Source of the DNA: Lama guanicoe
Taxonomy: Eukaryota
Assembly (NCBI GenBank): GCA_013239625.1
Contig: MU053881.1
Span: 2,666,001 to 2,730,000, forward strand
DNA length: 64,000 bases
Reading direction: 5' to 3'
Shown here: positions 52,118 to 64,000 of the stretch, piece after piece
How the letters are laid out: each line of letters opens with the position of its first letter
Position numbering within the stretch: the stretch's first letter is position 1
Translations under genes and position numbers: made by a program
The notes under the pieces: generated by a model
What the model was told of the DNA's origin: nothing
What the model saw: the letters and a program-made list of their open reading frames with translations, nothing else
Database searches by the model: none

Positions 52118-52707
52118 TGTAGTAAAAAATTCAGCCTTACCCAAAGGAAAGCCTGGTCATTGCCTTGCCTCCTGGAAATAACCTGTGCCACATCAGACAG
52201 GAGTGTCTTTGTTATGGGATCTTAGAGTGGGGCTGACCACCCTAGAAAGACCAACCATGTGATTTAGGCCAGGACTTGCAGTAATGCAGTACCAGTCAAC
52301 CTGAAGACTGAGTTCAGTCACATAGGCAACCAACCAAATCAATCATGCCTATGTAATGAAGCCCAAGTGAAAACTCTGGACCTGGAAGCCGAGGTGAGCT
52401 TCCCTGGCTGGCAATACTTCATGTATACTGTCATACATCTATGCCAGGAGGGTAACACGCCCTCATTCCATGAGATAAGTATGGAATCTTTGTGTCTGGA
52501 ACTCAAGACTCTGCCTTACATGTCTCTTTCTTCAGCTGATTTTAATCTGTCTCCTTTCCCTGTAATAAACGGTAACTGTGAGTTATAATAGCTTTCAGTG
52601 AGCTCTTCTAGTGAACTACAAAATCTGAAGGTTTTAGGAGTGCCCTGAACTTGCAGTTGCTGTCAGAAGTGGGGGTGGTCTTTTGGAGGACTCGTATGAC
52701 CTTGACA
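52118..52707 (+). mobile_element. solo LTR (MER21-like)
   Basis: TG...CA ends; TTCAGCCTTACCCAAAGG, AATCAATCATGCCTATGTAATGAAGCCC, internal AATAAA at ~52564. Confidence 0.65.
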
Positions 52708-52789
52708 GCTGGCTTTCAACTCTGTCATATAACTTCAGGCAGTCCTCTAGGTTTCATGTTTTCAAGTATGAGGACCCAATTCAATGGGT

Positions 52790-53480
52790 TAAGAACAGTC
52801 TTTCCACAAATGGGACTGGGACAACAGGACATCCACGTGCAAAATAATGAAGCCTAAACCACACTATATTACAAAAAGTAACTCAAAATACATTAAAGAC
52901 CTAAATGTAACAGCTGATATTATAAAACTCTTAAAAGAAAACATGGGTGAAAATCTTTGTGACCTTGGATTAAGCAATGATTTGTTAGACAAGACATTAA
53001 ATATACAAGCAACAAAAAGAAAAAAACACAGGTAAACGAGACTTCATCAAAACCAAAAGTTTTTGTGCATCAGAGAAGTCAAAAGACAACCCATGCGCTG
53101 TGGTTACGCAGTCCTGGTTACAGCAAATGCACCCCGAAGTACTAGTGGTGATGGGACATCCGGTAGGCAAGCTACCCTGGTTTAAGAAAAAATAACTTCT
53201 GTACTGTACGTACAACTTTTCTCTAAGTTTGAGATTGTTTCCTCATTCTATGAAAGGTTTGAAAAAAAAAAAGACAGTCCACAGAATGGGAGAAAATACT
53301 TACAAAGCATCTATCTGATAAGGGTCTGGTATCCAGAATACATACAGAATTCACCATTGAAAAGACAAACAACCCTATTTAACAATGGGCAAAGGATTTG
53401 AATAGACATTTCCCCAAGGAAGATACACAAATGATCAAGAACCATGTAAAAAAGACGTTATTACATCATTAGCCACCAGA
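52790..53480 (+). mobile_element. L1 ORF2 3' fragment with nested insertion
   Basis: AACTCAAAATACATTAAAGACCTAAATGTAA, CAGAATGGGAGAAAATACTTACAA, TGGGCAAAGGATTTGAATAGACATTTC. Confidence 0.8.
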
Positions 53481-56435
53481 AATGAGGGATTAAGGGTGAG
53501 CACTGTCTTATTTACACTTTTTAGAAATATTTGCCTGTGTGAGTGTGCATGTGTACTTTTCCAACAAGTTTTTAACATTTCTATGTCATTTCCTGTTACA
53601 GAAAGATTGATATTACACCAGAGTAACTGTAAACCAATAAATAAAAGAGGAGCAGCAATAGCAATAAATCAAATTTAAATTTAAAGTAGAATTTAAAGTA
53701 ATTAAGTATCACCTGATATTAACAGAAGGTATTATTACAAGAAAGTTCTCACAGCTATGTGTTTGTATGTGTCAAATAAAATAATCAAACTATATATAAG
53801 CTAGAAAATGTCTCCCTCTCAAAATAAACATAGAATTAGTGCATTTTACTTGCATCACGTAGGCCTTTCCACAGCATGTAGAAAAGCATTCTCTTTGATA
53901 CACTTGTTACTAACACTGGGAAAGCTTATGCACGCTGTCAGCACACCTAGCAGAGCTGTACACATAAGGAAGTCTGGAAGGACATGTAATACACTAAAAC
54001 GTCAAACGTGGTTATCTCGAGTATGGTTACCAAGAACTTTCATTTTCAACTTTATAAATTCTGTTTTAAATTTTTTGCAGACATGTATTATTTTTGTAAT
54101 TAGGAAAAAAAAAAGACGTTATCAATGGGAAATAAGGAAATCTATAAAACCACATTCAGGTTCATCACGTCAAGTAGTCTTATCAATAAGTAAACAGAAA
54201 AAAAATAGCAGATTATAATCATACATCTAATAAGCTTGATTGAATGCAGACACCAAACCCTTATCCCACAAAAAACACACTGCTTGATAAACACCTAGTT
54301 GTCAACAGTGGTTGCTTCTAGGAAAGAAAAAAGAGAGGGGGTGGGGTGCGGGCTGGGACAACACACAAGCAATGTACGTGAGGCTTTGATTTTATCCATA
54401 TCTGTTTAAAATAAATTTGAAACAAGCATTGCAAAATGTCTGGTTTTCAGGAGCTGGATGGTAGGTACATGGTTGTCCCTTTTATCTCTGTATTTTTCTC
54501 TAAGTTTGAAACACTTAATTTAAAAATATATATTTAATAATAAGGAATATGATTAAATCACAAGAACCTCCTTAATATATAAATGTTATATTAAAAAATA
54601 AAATTAAAGATCAATATAAAAAGAATAAATTTTAAAAAGCCAACAGGAATTCCAAAGTATTCCTAAATAACTCTTGGGCCAAAGAAGAAAATCAGAACTT
54701 TTAAAATGTATTTCCAGAAGAAAATCCACAGCCGTAAATGCAAGCGTACCAATAAATTTGTATTCTTAAAAAAAAAAAAACTGCAAAAATCAAGATGCCA
54801 AAAAAAAGACAATCATACAAAAGTGTAAAAAAAAATTAGATTTTGCTTAATAAATAAGCAGAAAAAAAGAACTGATAAATATAAGAGCTTTCTATAAATA
54901 AAACAATCAAATTAAAAACTAGTCTCCAGCAAGTCTCATTTTTAAAAAAGGAAAAAAAGCATAAGAAAATAAGGAGAAGAGGGGATAACAGAGCAGACAC
55001 AGAAGAGAGTAAAAGACGTGCTGCTTTGTACAGCCTGTACCATAAATCACTGAAAATCTCGACGGAAAAAGCATTTTTCTAAGAAAGCTTATTAAGAAAG
55101 AAGTAGGAAACAGATTATGAATAATGGGTAAAAACACGAAGAAGTTAATAAACAATAGGCAAAAATAAGTTTTCAAGTGCTTTCTTTCAAATCTTTGCTA
55201 TTTATGCTTCTCAACTCATTTTATCAAGTCAGTCATTTTATAAAGCCAGCATATGCCTGAAATCAAAGTCTAACAGAGAGAGAGCACCAATGCATCACAC
55301 AGGGCAACATCATTCCCTCTGCCAACATGCATTTCCCCCTGAATTCTCACAGTCATCATTCCTTTTCATCACTCAGGTGTCAGCTCAAATATAACCTCCT
55401 CAGAAAGGCCTTACTTATTAAAATAACCTCCCAGATCCTCTCGGTTACATTTTCTGCACTCATTTGTAGCATTTATTACAAACTACAATTACCTAGAATT
55501 AAACTCCATGGGAGTAGGGACTTGGTCTTGTTTGCTGGTATCCTGCCAGGCCCTAGAATTTAATTCCTCAAAAATAGTGCTGCATAACTAAGTATCACTT
55601 AGGAATATATTTTCAGAAATCCAGCACCCTATTCAAATAATATACCGTAACTAGAACAGAATTTCAAAAAGAGATCAAAAGGGTCCTTGATAAATGTCAA
55701 CATCCACTCTTGATATAAAACTATTACTGTACCAGGATGGAAAAACAGTCAACAGATACCCCCTGAGAGCCTATGATGTATCAGGATCAATTTTAGATGC
55801 TGGGAGCACAGCGGTTAACAAAACCAAAAAAACCCAAAACAAAAACCAAAACCCTCTGCTCTCATGGAAGTTACTTATATTCTAGTGGCTCTATCTCAAA
55901 ACAATGACCAACATCACACTTGATGATCAAACACTAGAGGCATTATAGTAAGGACAAGACGTTTGCTACTACAGTTATTAACTGAGATTGTTCTGAAGTT
56001 CTAGCCAATTCAATGATCAAGTAAAACAGAAGGTCCGTATGCTGAAAAAAAAACAACACTGAGTTGCACATGACACAATTACCTAGAAAATCCAAAAACT
56101 AAATTATAAAATAGGTAATAAGAAGGCTCACATTATGGTATCTGGTTATAAAACAAACATAAAAAACAGTATTTTTTCCAAAGGCCATTAAGAAAAAAAT
56201 AAAAGAGGGAGGGACACTATATTAAGGGATTTGATCACAACCTCTTCTATGATGTTATAAACTTTGATTATAATCTTCATCTTGCACAAATTTATTTTTA
56301 AAGACCAAAAAGTCATACAGTTAAAAAAAAAATCTATTGAGAGGAGATTCATGCTGTGAAAAAAAAATACATGTCTTTGAGATCTGTTATCAGACCAGGG
56401 AAAAAGAAAGCAGCTCAGAATGAGTCCTACTATAC

Positions 56436-56504
56436 CTCTATGTTCCAGTTATGCTGTTCCAAGGTATGGCGACACTGATCCATAGATTCTATGCCAGTCA
56501 GATC
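56436..56504 (-). CDS. FAF2: FAF2 exon 2 (UBA-like domain)
   Basis: ttcag| DLTGIESMDQCRHTLEQHNWNIE |gtatag; 69 nt. Exons 2-11 total 1275 nt in frame; exon 1 is outside the window. Confidence 0.95.
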
Positions 56505-59500
56505 CTGAAAAGAAAGTTAAGAACAAAGTTGCTTAGGGAAAAAATAACAGTACTTACTGGATATTTTTACTGCTAAGAGAATACTTATAAATACTGCTGG
56601 GAAAATACACTAAGAAGTGTTGAAGGCAGATGTTTAAACATGGTCAAACTTCACTATTCAGAATTTATTCACTCCGTTATTATAGCTATTACTCCCATAG
56701 AAACAAAAATGAAAATTTCCTGTCTTGCAAAACTTCAATCAAGAAGACTACTTGATTAAAAGCAATGCTATCTCAAATTCAAGTTTAAAAATAAAAGATT
56801 TCTTCAACCTCTGGGTCCAACAAAATATTCTTTAATGCTAACCATCTATTCTGTTTATAATACATAATGATATAATTATGCAGGTTTTTTGCAAAATGCA
56901 AGGCTGGTCATTAACGTACATCATTTTACCAACTGCCACATAATTTAGCTTATACTATAAATTGTACAAAACTTTTTATTAAAAAGGGCCTGTAATTCAG
57001 ACGTTTCCCTACAGTAAGAATTTTCCCTACTCCCTTCACCTTGTACTGTTCTCGAGTTTCACTTTGTCTATGACCAAAGCTCCTTCTCTGGCTCCTCTTC
57101 TTCCATTCCCTCTAAATGTAGGTGTTTCCCTAGGGATGTGCCATTGGTTTTTGTCTTTTTCTGGCAATCTCATTTAATCCTCAGCCTTCAATGATCCTTT
57201 CTACTCAAATAACTCCTAATTTAATTTCTGGACCCACCTTCTCTTCTCAAGTTTAGCAGCACTTTCCCAAGAGCCTATTCCACATTTCCACCTAGATATA
57301 GCATCAGCACTATTTAAAACCACCATATGTGTTAACGCCACCACCACCCTCCAAAATACACAGGCAAACATGACACCTGGAACCGCAGCCTCATCTCTGA
57401 GTACTCTATCCCTTGAACTCTACGCTTCATCAGTAATCAAGTCTGTTTTCTGTATATCTACAACCACATTTCCATTTCCAGAGCCAGCACCTTTAATCAA
57501 GCTTTTATAACATCTTGAGTGAACTGTCAAATTAAATTTCTTTCCTTCCTAACTCTTCCCCCGCCCCCAGTCTCTTTTTGTGTCTGGGTGTGTGTCTGTT
57601 GCTCCTCTGCTCAAAACATTTCAGTTGACTGGATAATAAATTACAGAATCCTTAGTTTGGCACTCAAGTGTTCCTATAATGTGACCCCCACCTAGCTTTC
57701 CATATTATTTTCTATTTCCCCTTAGGTGTCCAATACTCAACAAATCTAACAGTCCACGTGTACATCTAATGACCAGGATTGCCAGAGCTAAATCCTAGCC
57801 TTCCTTCCAGGTCAAATACAAAAGCCAAACCCATCCATCCATCCTTTCATGCAACACACATCTACTGTTACTGTCTACTTTGTGTATTACTCTGTCCAGG
57901 GTTTTGGGATGAATACAACACAGTCTCTACCCTAAGGAATTCCTCTTAACAATCAGCAACCAACAGCAAAAAGAGACTGAGCTCAACCTGACAAGAACGT
58001 GTTAACAGGCACCGGTGAGTCCGGAGCCTGAGGTTCTTTGGTTCTGCATCCTGTGATCATGGACCAGACACATTTTAACTCTGAATTTTAGCTTCCTTTA
58101 TGTGCAACATGAGGGATTTAATTTGGACTGAATATCCAGAGCTTAAAAGAACAAAACAAAAACTGAAGTTTGCATTCTTTAGGTATGCAATTGCCTTTTT
58201 TTAAAATTCACAAATAGTACACAAACTTCGCTAGTAAAATTTTATGTTTAAAATACTGTAAAATTTTCAGTACTTCAACTGGAAAGCTCTGCTAAGAACT
58301 CTAAAGCTCTAGTAAGGACTCTTGGCTTCGACAGCTCTGATAATCTGGATATTGGTTCCTGACCTTCCCAGGCCTCTCCTACCAGTTTGGCTATCGCCCT
58401 CCGGCTTGTAAGAGGCTCCCCTGTAACTTCTAATTTCCTTACAGCCCCCTGCGGAGAACGGGGATGTCCACGGTTCCACCTTCCCTCTGTACATTCTCTT
58501 TAAGAACTGGATTTTATTTTTACCTTCTCAGGGTGTGAATGACCGCTCTGCCTTTAAATACCAAAAATGTTTCTACCTCCTTCATGTACCTATTATTTTC
58601 TCCCTTTTTTCACAACTATTTACATTCATTCTACTACTCCTTAAGCTCAATGTCTGGGATTCATCTATATACAATGCTCCCCAATACCTAGCACATAGTA
58701 AGGGCTAAAAAGGTTGCAGAAAAAGTTAGTCCAAGGCAAAAAGATGTTTTAGTATAAGCTTCAACAATCATAGCTATAAAGTGAAATCCTCCAGACATTT
58801 TCACCAAATCTCATTGTACATTAATGCCCTGAGACTTTCAAACTCCAAATATTTTTACTAGATCCTAAGATAGGTGTTAAAAATGCAAATTTGCAGAATC
58901 TTCCTGGAGATCAGTAAGTCAGGGATGGAGCCAGAGAATCAGGGTTGGTTGGTTTGTTTTTTAAAAAAGCTTCTCAGCTGATTCTAATGTACAGCCAGAT
59001 ACTGTACACAATTGTACACAGGACTAGAGAGAGTAATTCACTAATTAAAATAGCTTTTAAAAAAGGGTTATAAACATTGTAGGACAGAATAATCAGGGTA
59101 ATTGCACATCTTCAGTATACTGAAATAACCTAATTTGCAAGCAAAATCCTTTTGTAAGTAGTGAATCAGGGTAAACTGGAAGCCTAACTGAACAAGCCTG
59201 CTTTCAACCACTGCTGATGAATATTAAAGACAGGCACCAGCCATAGTCTAGGACAGGACTATTCATTCATATAGCAACAAATATGCACTGAGCCAGTATT
59301 CTAGACATCCAGGACATAGATGCAGTCTCTGCTCTCATCACATTTGTTTCCTACCAGAGGGAGACCAAAAGAAGCCACATACACAGAGCAAATAAATGAA
59401 AAAAAATGTAGGCTAGGGGATTCCTTAGGACTGAGTGCTCAAGGAAGGTCCCTCCAAGGAGGTAACATTTCAGAGATCTGATGAAAGATAAAGGTCTAAC

Positions 59501-59659
59501 CGTGGGGAAACATGTGCAGGCAGAAGGACAAATGCAAAAACTCTGAGACAAAAAAATACGTATGAAACAACAAACAGTAGGGGTGGGGGGAAGGTGCTGA
59601 CCTAAGCAGCTGGAAATGAGTGTGGAGTCCGTAAGATTAAAGGCAAAAGGAACCGCATA

Positions 59660-60955
59660 CAAGCACGACACTTCGTTTGATAGAGTGGTCTCACATGGGG
59701 GTATGTGTTAATTCTGAAGCCACTGTATCTATATAAATATACTGGACTTGAACAATTAAGTAAACAGATCGTGGGAGCCAGTTTTCTCATTGTTGAAGTG
59801 GGAAGTTACAGTCATGGGGAGAAGGCCAGAATAATCCATGTGGTAATGGATGGGAGTTGAAGACATTTGAGTCAACTCATGTTTAAACTTATTACAGACA
59901 GATGGTTGCATACAAAAAGTTAGCTTAGTACATTCACATCCTTGCTCTGTCAGCTGAGAGCACCTAGGATCAACAACACACACGCCAGCAGCAAGCACAC
60001 ACATTGCCCAGATTTGGGGTTCTAACACTGGAGCATCTTGCAGTGCCAGAAAGGAAGCACTCATAAACCCCACAAGGATGGGGGTACATCAAAGCGATAC
60101 AGGAATCAGAATCAGCTGAAAGAACTCTGTGGCTAAAGCTGGTACAATCTGAGCAACACGAAGTAATACTGGATTATAATCCAAAGTACAAAACAAACAT
60201 CCATGAGTCCAGACAGATAGAAATACACGATTAAATAAATAATTAAACGGGGGAGAACAGACAAACATCTTGCGCAGAATTCCAAATAATTATGTAAACA
60301 GATACTTTGCCTTCAAGGAGGTGGATTATAACTCTTCACTTCTTTGGTATGGGCTGTGCATACTGACTTCCTTCCAAAGAGTACAGTATGGAAAAGCAAG
60401 AAAAAAGATTAACTTCATAGTGGAGAAACCTGACAAACACTACCCCAGCCAAGGTCAACATCATAGTGATAAATCATGTTGACAGTATGCACCCTCGATA
60501 AAATGTAATGAAAATGCACTTTACAACTCTGTGGTCTTGGTCCTCAGACCCCTAACTCCAGCCTAATCATGAGAAAAACATTAGCCAAATCCCAACTGAG
60601 GGACAATCCATGAAATACATGACCAGCGCTCCTCAGTCAAGGTTATTAAAAACGAAAGTCCTAGAAACTGTCACAGCCAAGAGGAGCCGATAGTCACTAA
60701 ATGCAAGGTGAGATCCTGCAACAGAAGAAGGACATTAGGTAAAAACTAAAGAAATCTGAATAAAGTATGGACTTTGGTCAATACTTCAGTGCAATAACAT
60801 TGGCTGGTTGTGACAAAAGTGCCCAACCAATAATGCAAGATGTTAACAGGGAGCACCGAGTGACGATGGGGAAGTCCGTGTACTACGTCCACAAGTTTTC
60901 TGTAAATCTAAATTTATTCTAAAATAAGAAAAGTTTACTCAAAAAGAAAAAAAAA
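59660..60955 (+). mobile_element. L1 3'UTR (L1MD-like)
   Basis: GACTTCCTTCCAAAGAGTACAGTATGGAAA, GTGGAGAAACCTGACAAACACTACC; ends TTTTCTGTAAATCTAAATTTATTCTAAAATAAG plus an A tail. Confidence 0.75.
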
Positions 60956-61051
60956 ACTGGGGTAGGAGGGACACACCTGAGACAGAACAAGCTTGGCAAG
61001 TCGGTAGATAAGGTCTGAGGAGTAGGCAGGAGAGACAACATTCATCTAGGG

Positions 61052-61238
61052 CAGTTTTTCAGCCTTGCTTGCATATCCAAAGCACCAGAGGGGAATCCAC
61101 AGGTGACTAGAGCCCTCCCCTCCTCAAAGCAATTTAATCAGATTCTCTGAATGTACAGTCTAGGCAGAGGTAAACTTTTTCCTGGGAGGGAGGGAGCTTC
61201 TAGATGATTCTACTGCAGAGCCAGGGTTGAAAATCACT
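61052..61238. mobile_element. MER5-like hAT-Charlie MITE
   Basis: CAGTTTTTCAGCCTTG ... GATGATTCTACTGCAGAGCCAGGGTTGAAAATCACT. Confidence 0.6.
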
Positions 61239-62051
61239 AACCCAGAGCCTTAATTTATTTCTGTTCAGAAGTGTCATGACCATATGTAGATTTTTTTTCA
61301 AGTTATTTTAGCTTCTGTGTGAGGAATTAATTGTAGAGGGCATGAAAGAGAGCAAGACACCGGCAAGGAGTCCAAAGGAAAGAGAATGGTGGTTCAGCAT
61401 AAGATGGTAGCAGTGAAGAGGGGAGGAGGAGGATAGACTGGGGGTATCCTGTAAAGGTAGAGCCAAAGAAAGTGGATAATGTGTGCAAGTGGAAGAGAAA
61501 TATTAAGATGGATTCATAAGTAAATGAGATGATAGTGTTATTTACTAAGAATGAGGGAAATTATTTTTTGCCCATCTTAGTGAGAAAATTTTATTTTTGG
61601 TAAAGGAAAGTGTTTACAAAGATTAGGAGAAAAAGTGGAAACAGACTGCTAAACACAGATAAATGCACTTATTTACTCCATCAAGATGCTCAATGCATCG
61701 TGTGGGAACAGATTCCCTGCCCTCAATGCTAGCCCCAGGATGGCCAGTGACCTACTCACAGGGGCAAATGGAAAACATGCCAGACTCACCTGGCACTCAT
61801 TGTCTGAAAACAGCTGCACTCATAAACCTGGATGACGGTTGGCTACCTAGGTTTTCTCTGTCTTATACTTTTTAAAACCTAGTATAAGTGAGGTTAAGAA
61901 AGTTTAAATACTAGAGAAAGATAGGGAAGGGGGAGGTTTCCTTGTGGTCACAACCACTATTAACTGTTTAACATTTTAGTATACTTCCTTCTAGTTACCC
62001 ACACTCTAAGAAGAGGATTTAGAGTTTTGATCCAATTTCCCTTTCAAACTT

Positions 62052-62107
62052 TATATATATATATATATATACACACACATATACACACACATACACACAT
62101 ATATATG
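62052..62107. repeat. (TA)n/(CA)n compound microsatellite
   Basis: tatatatatatatatatatacacacacatatacacacacatacacacatatatat. Confidence 0.9.
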
Positions 62108-64000
62108 GACTGGTAAATGGGCTTTGCTTCTCCTTTCTGGACTGTAAGCATCTTATGAATAATGTATTCACCTTTGCTCTTTGATGTCTGTGGGACTCTT
62201 CTGGTGTTTTCCCTTGTGGCTTGGGAACCAATCTTTCCACCTTACTCCTTCCACATTGTAACCAGCCCCAGCTTCATATCACTGCATACAGTCAAGGTTT
62301 GGGGAGCTTTCTCTATTTTCTCTTCTTGAAATTCCTCTCTCCTATATATGTACAAATCTGAGCATTCTTACTTATTCTACCAAGGAGTCCCTTATGCAAT
62401 AGTCTTATAACCATTTTAATGGTTATATAATATTCCAATTGGCGAAAACAATATACATATAGATGTTAAAACTGCTTCTGATTTTCTGCTATTAAAACAG
62501 CACTTTGATGAACATTTCTGTTTATAAGGTTTCTCTGTATTTAGGATTTCCCCTCTTAGGATCCAGTTAACATTATGGGCCAAGAAATATGCATTTTTTT
62601 CACAGTCTCAAATTTCCCTGAGAGGAATATGCATATTTTAAAGCTCTTGATACATATTGTTAAAATGCACTTCAAAAGGCTTATTCCATATTATACTGAA
62701 TAGGGCTGCTTTCAACATGAGTCAAAAGCTAAATGTCTCAAGCCGATAGCCATTTCAGCACCAATTAAGTTTTGCAATGCTAGCTTTGTTCAAAAAGAAA
62801 GAATACGGCAGCTTTGGCTGGAGACACCGGATTAACTTTGCTACCAATTCTTTCCTCAGCAATAACGTTTTGCTATAAGCACTTACAGAGGAGGTGAAAC
62901 AGGGAAGTAGACAGAATGTTGTATTTAATAACCTCAGTCACCGGTTTCAAGTTCCTCCCAAACTAATTTCTTTAGAACTCAACAGGCTGTAATTCTCTTT
63001 TAAAAGGAAATTTCCTTTAAATCTAATTACCCCCACCCCAAAAAATTGAAAAAAAAGGGAACATTCTTTTGAGAAGAGAACTCTTATCTCTCTATCCCCA
63101 AGACCCAGTGCAGAGCCTCACTTAGCATACAGTAGAAAATGTGAGAATGAATCCTGTCCCCATGCTAATGGTCAACTTTGGTTTCTGTATCCCTCTCTAG
63201 TTTTTAAGCATGGTTCTTCTCATCACTCATTTATTCCTACTTTGTGTGAGAACCATGCTAGCCATCTTCACTGCATTTTCCTCAACAATCCTATGAGACA
63301 GATACTGCCATCATGCCCATTATCAGCTAAGAATACCAAGATTCTTCAAGAATTGTGTGGAGGGCACTCCACACTAATTCAGGCATACAACAAGTGCTCA
63401 GTAAAGGTTAGCTAAATCTGCAATCTCTCCTAACTGGCTTGCTAGAACTCTAGTTTACATTTAGATCCACAGACATTTGAGGTGACTTAAGATGGCATTG
63501 GACAAAACAGCTTTGATGTATAGAAAGGTTAACTCTGGGACCTCCTGCTCCCTCTAATCTCTCAGGGCCAAGGTCTCCTGCAAATCCCCTTTTGGGCCAT
63601 CCATCCAAGTCTGTCTTACTGAGATATCCCTTACTCTAAGATGATCTTTCCCTGCTTACTCCTCCCCTTAGAGCTAACTCCTCTTGCATGAATTGTCCTC
63701 CCAAGAACTTAGCATAATACCACATTTAGTTACACCAATTTACACAAAAGTGTAACTGACTGACAGCATTAGCAGAAGGGCAGTATTTATCTTTAGGGCA
63801 AAAAAAACCCCTGGACCCTGATCAATCTCAAACTAGCAAAATGAACAGGATAGATTGGAGGAAAGTGTGTGAGCTATTCTATATACTTCTTCTACGCCAG
63901 CCTTCGTCTAACTTCCTTCTCTCCCAAGGCAGAAGGTAAGAGGCTATCAACACCACGGGGTGACCTAATTTCAAAATACTGTGACCCCTGATCTCTCTCT

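Noticed and set aside
62700..62960. Possible cryptic exon or enhancer in FAF2 intron 1 (minus-strand GTAAGT at 62881-62886, AP-1 TGAGTCA near 62718)
   Set aside because: Isolated short motifs expected by chance; no paired acceptor or conservation evidence available.

Overview
Mammalian genomic DNA, most likely a camelid (six tRNA-derived SINEs resembling camelid Vic-1). The window holds two convergent protein-coding genes, both reconstructed exon by exon from splice sites and reading phase. RNF44 (RING-H2 E3 ligase, + strand) has a CpG-island promoter at ~10.1-11.8 kb, 10 coding exons at 16486-19701 and a poly(A) signal at 21961. FAF2/UBXD8 (p97 adaptor, - strand) has coding exons 2-11 at 56504-36709; exon 1 lies beyond the right edge and the 3'UTR runs to ~33.7 kb. 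A second CpG island at ~4.2-5.7 kb looks like a two-way promoter, possibly an upstream RNF44 first exon plus the start of the neighbouring gene (CDHR2 by human synteny). The rest is L1, L2, MIR, CR1, MER2/MER3/MER5 and a MER21-like LTR, with a 552-nt N gap. The most notable observations are: (1) RNF44 exon 7 is out of phase in this sequence, about 22 nt short in its polyproline tract, which would remove the RING domain; an assembly error is more likely than a real allele. (2) A TOMM7 retrocopy with a nearly full open reading frame sits inside an old L1. (3) A tailless tRNA-Lys(CTT) 5'-half retrocopy is flanked by ~21-bp target-site duplications. (4) FAF2 has a GC-AG intron. (5) RNF44 has a weak start codon followed by a strong out-of-frame ATG. 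I found no evidence of a wholly new multi-gene system. Gene and repeat names come from recalled sequences, not database searches.
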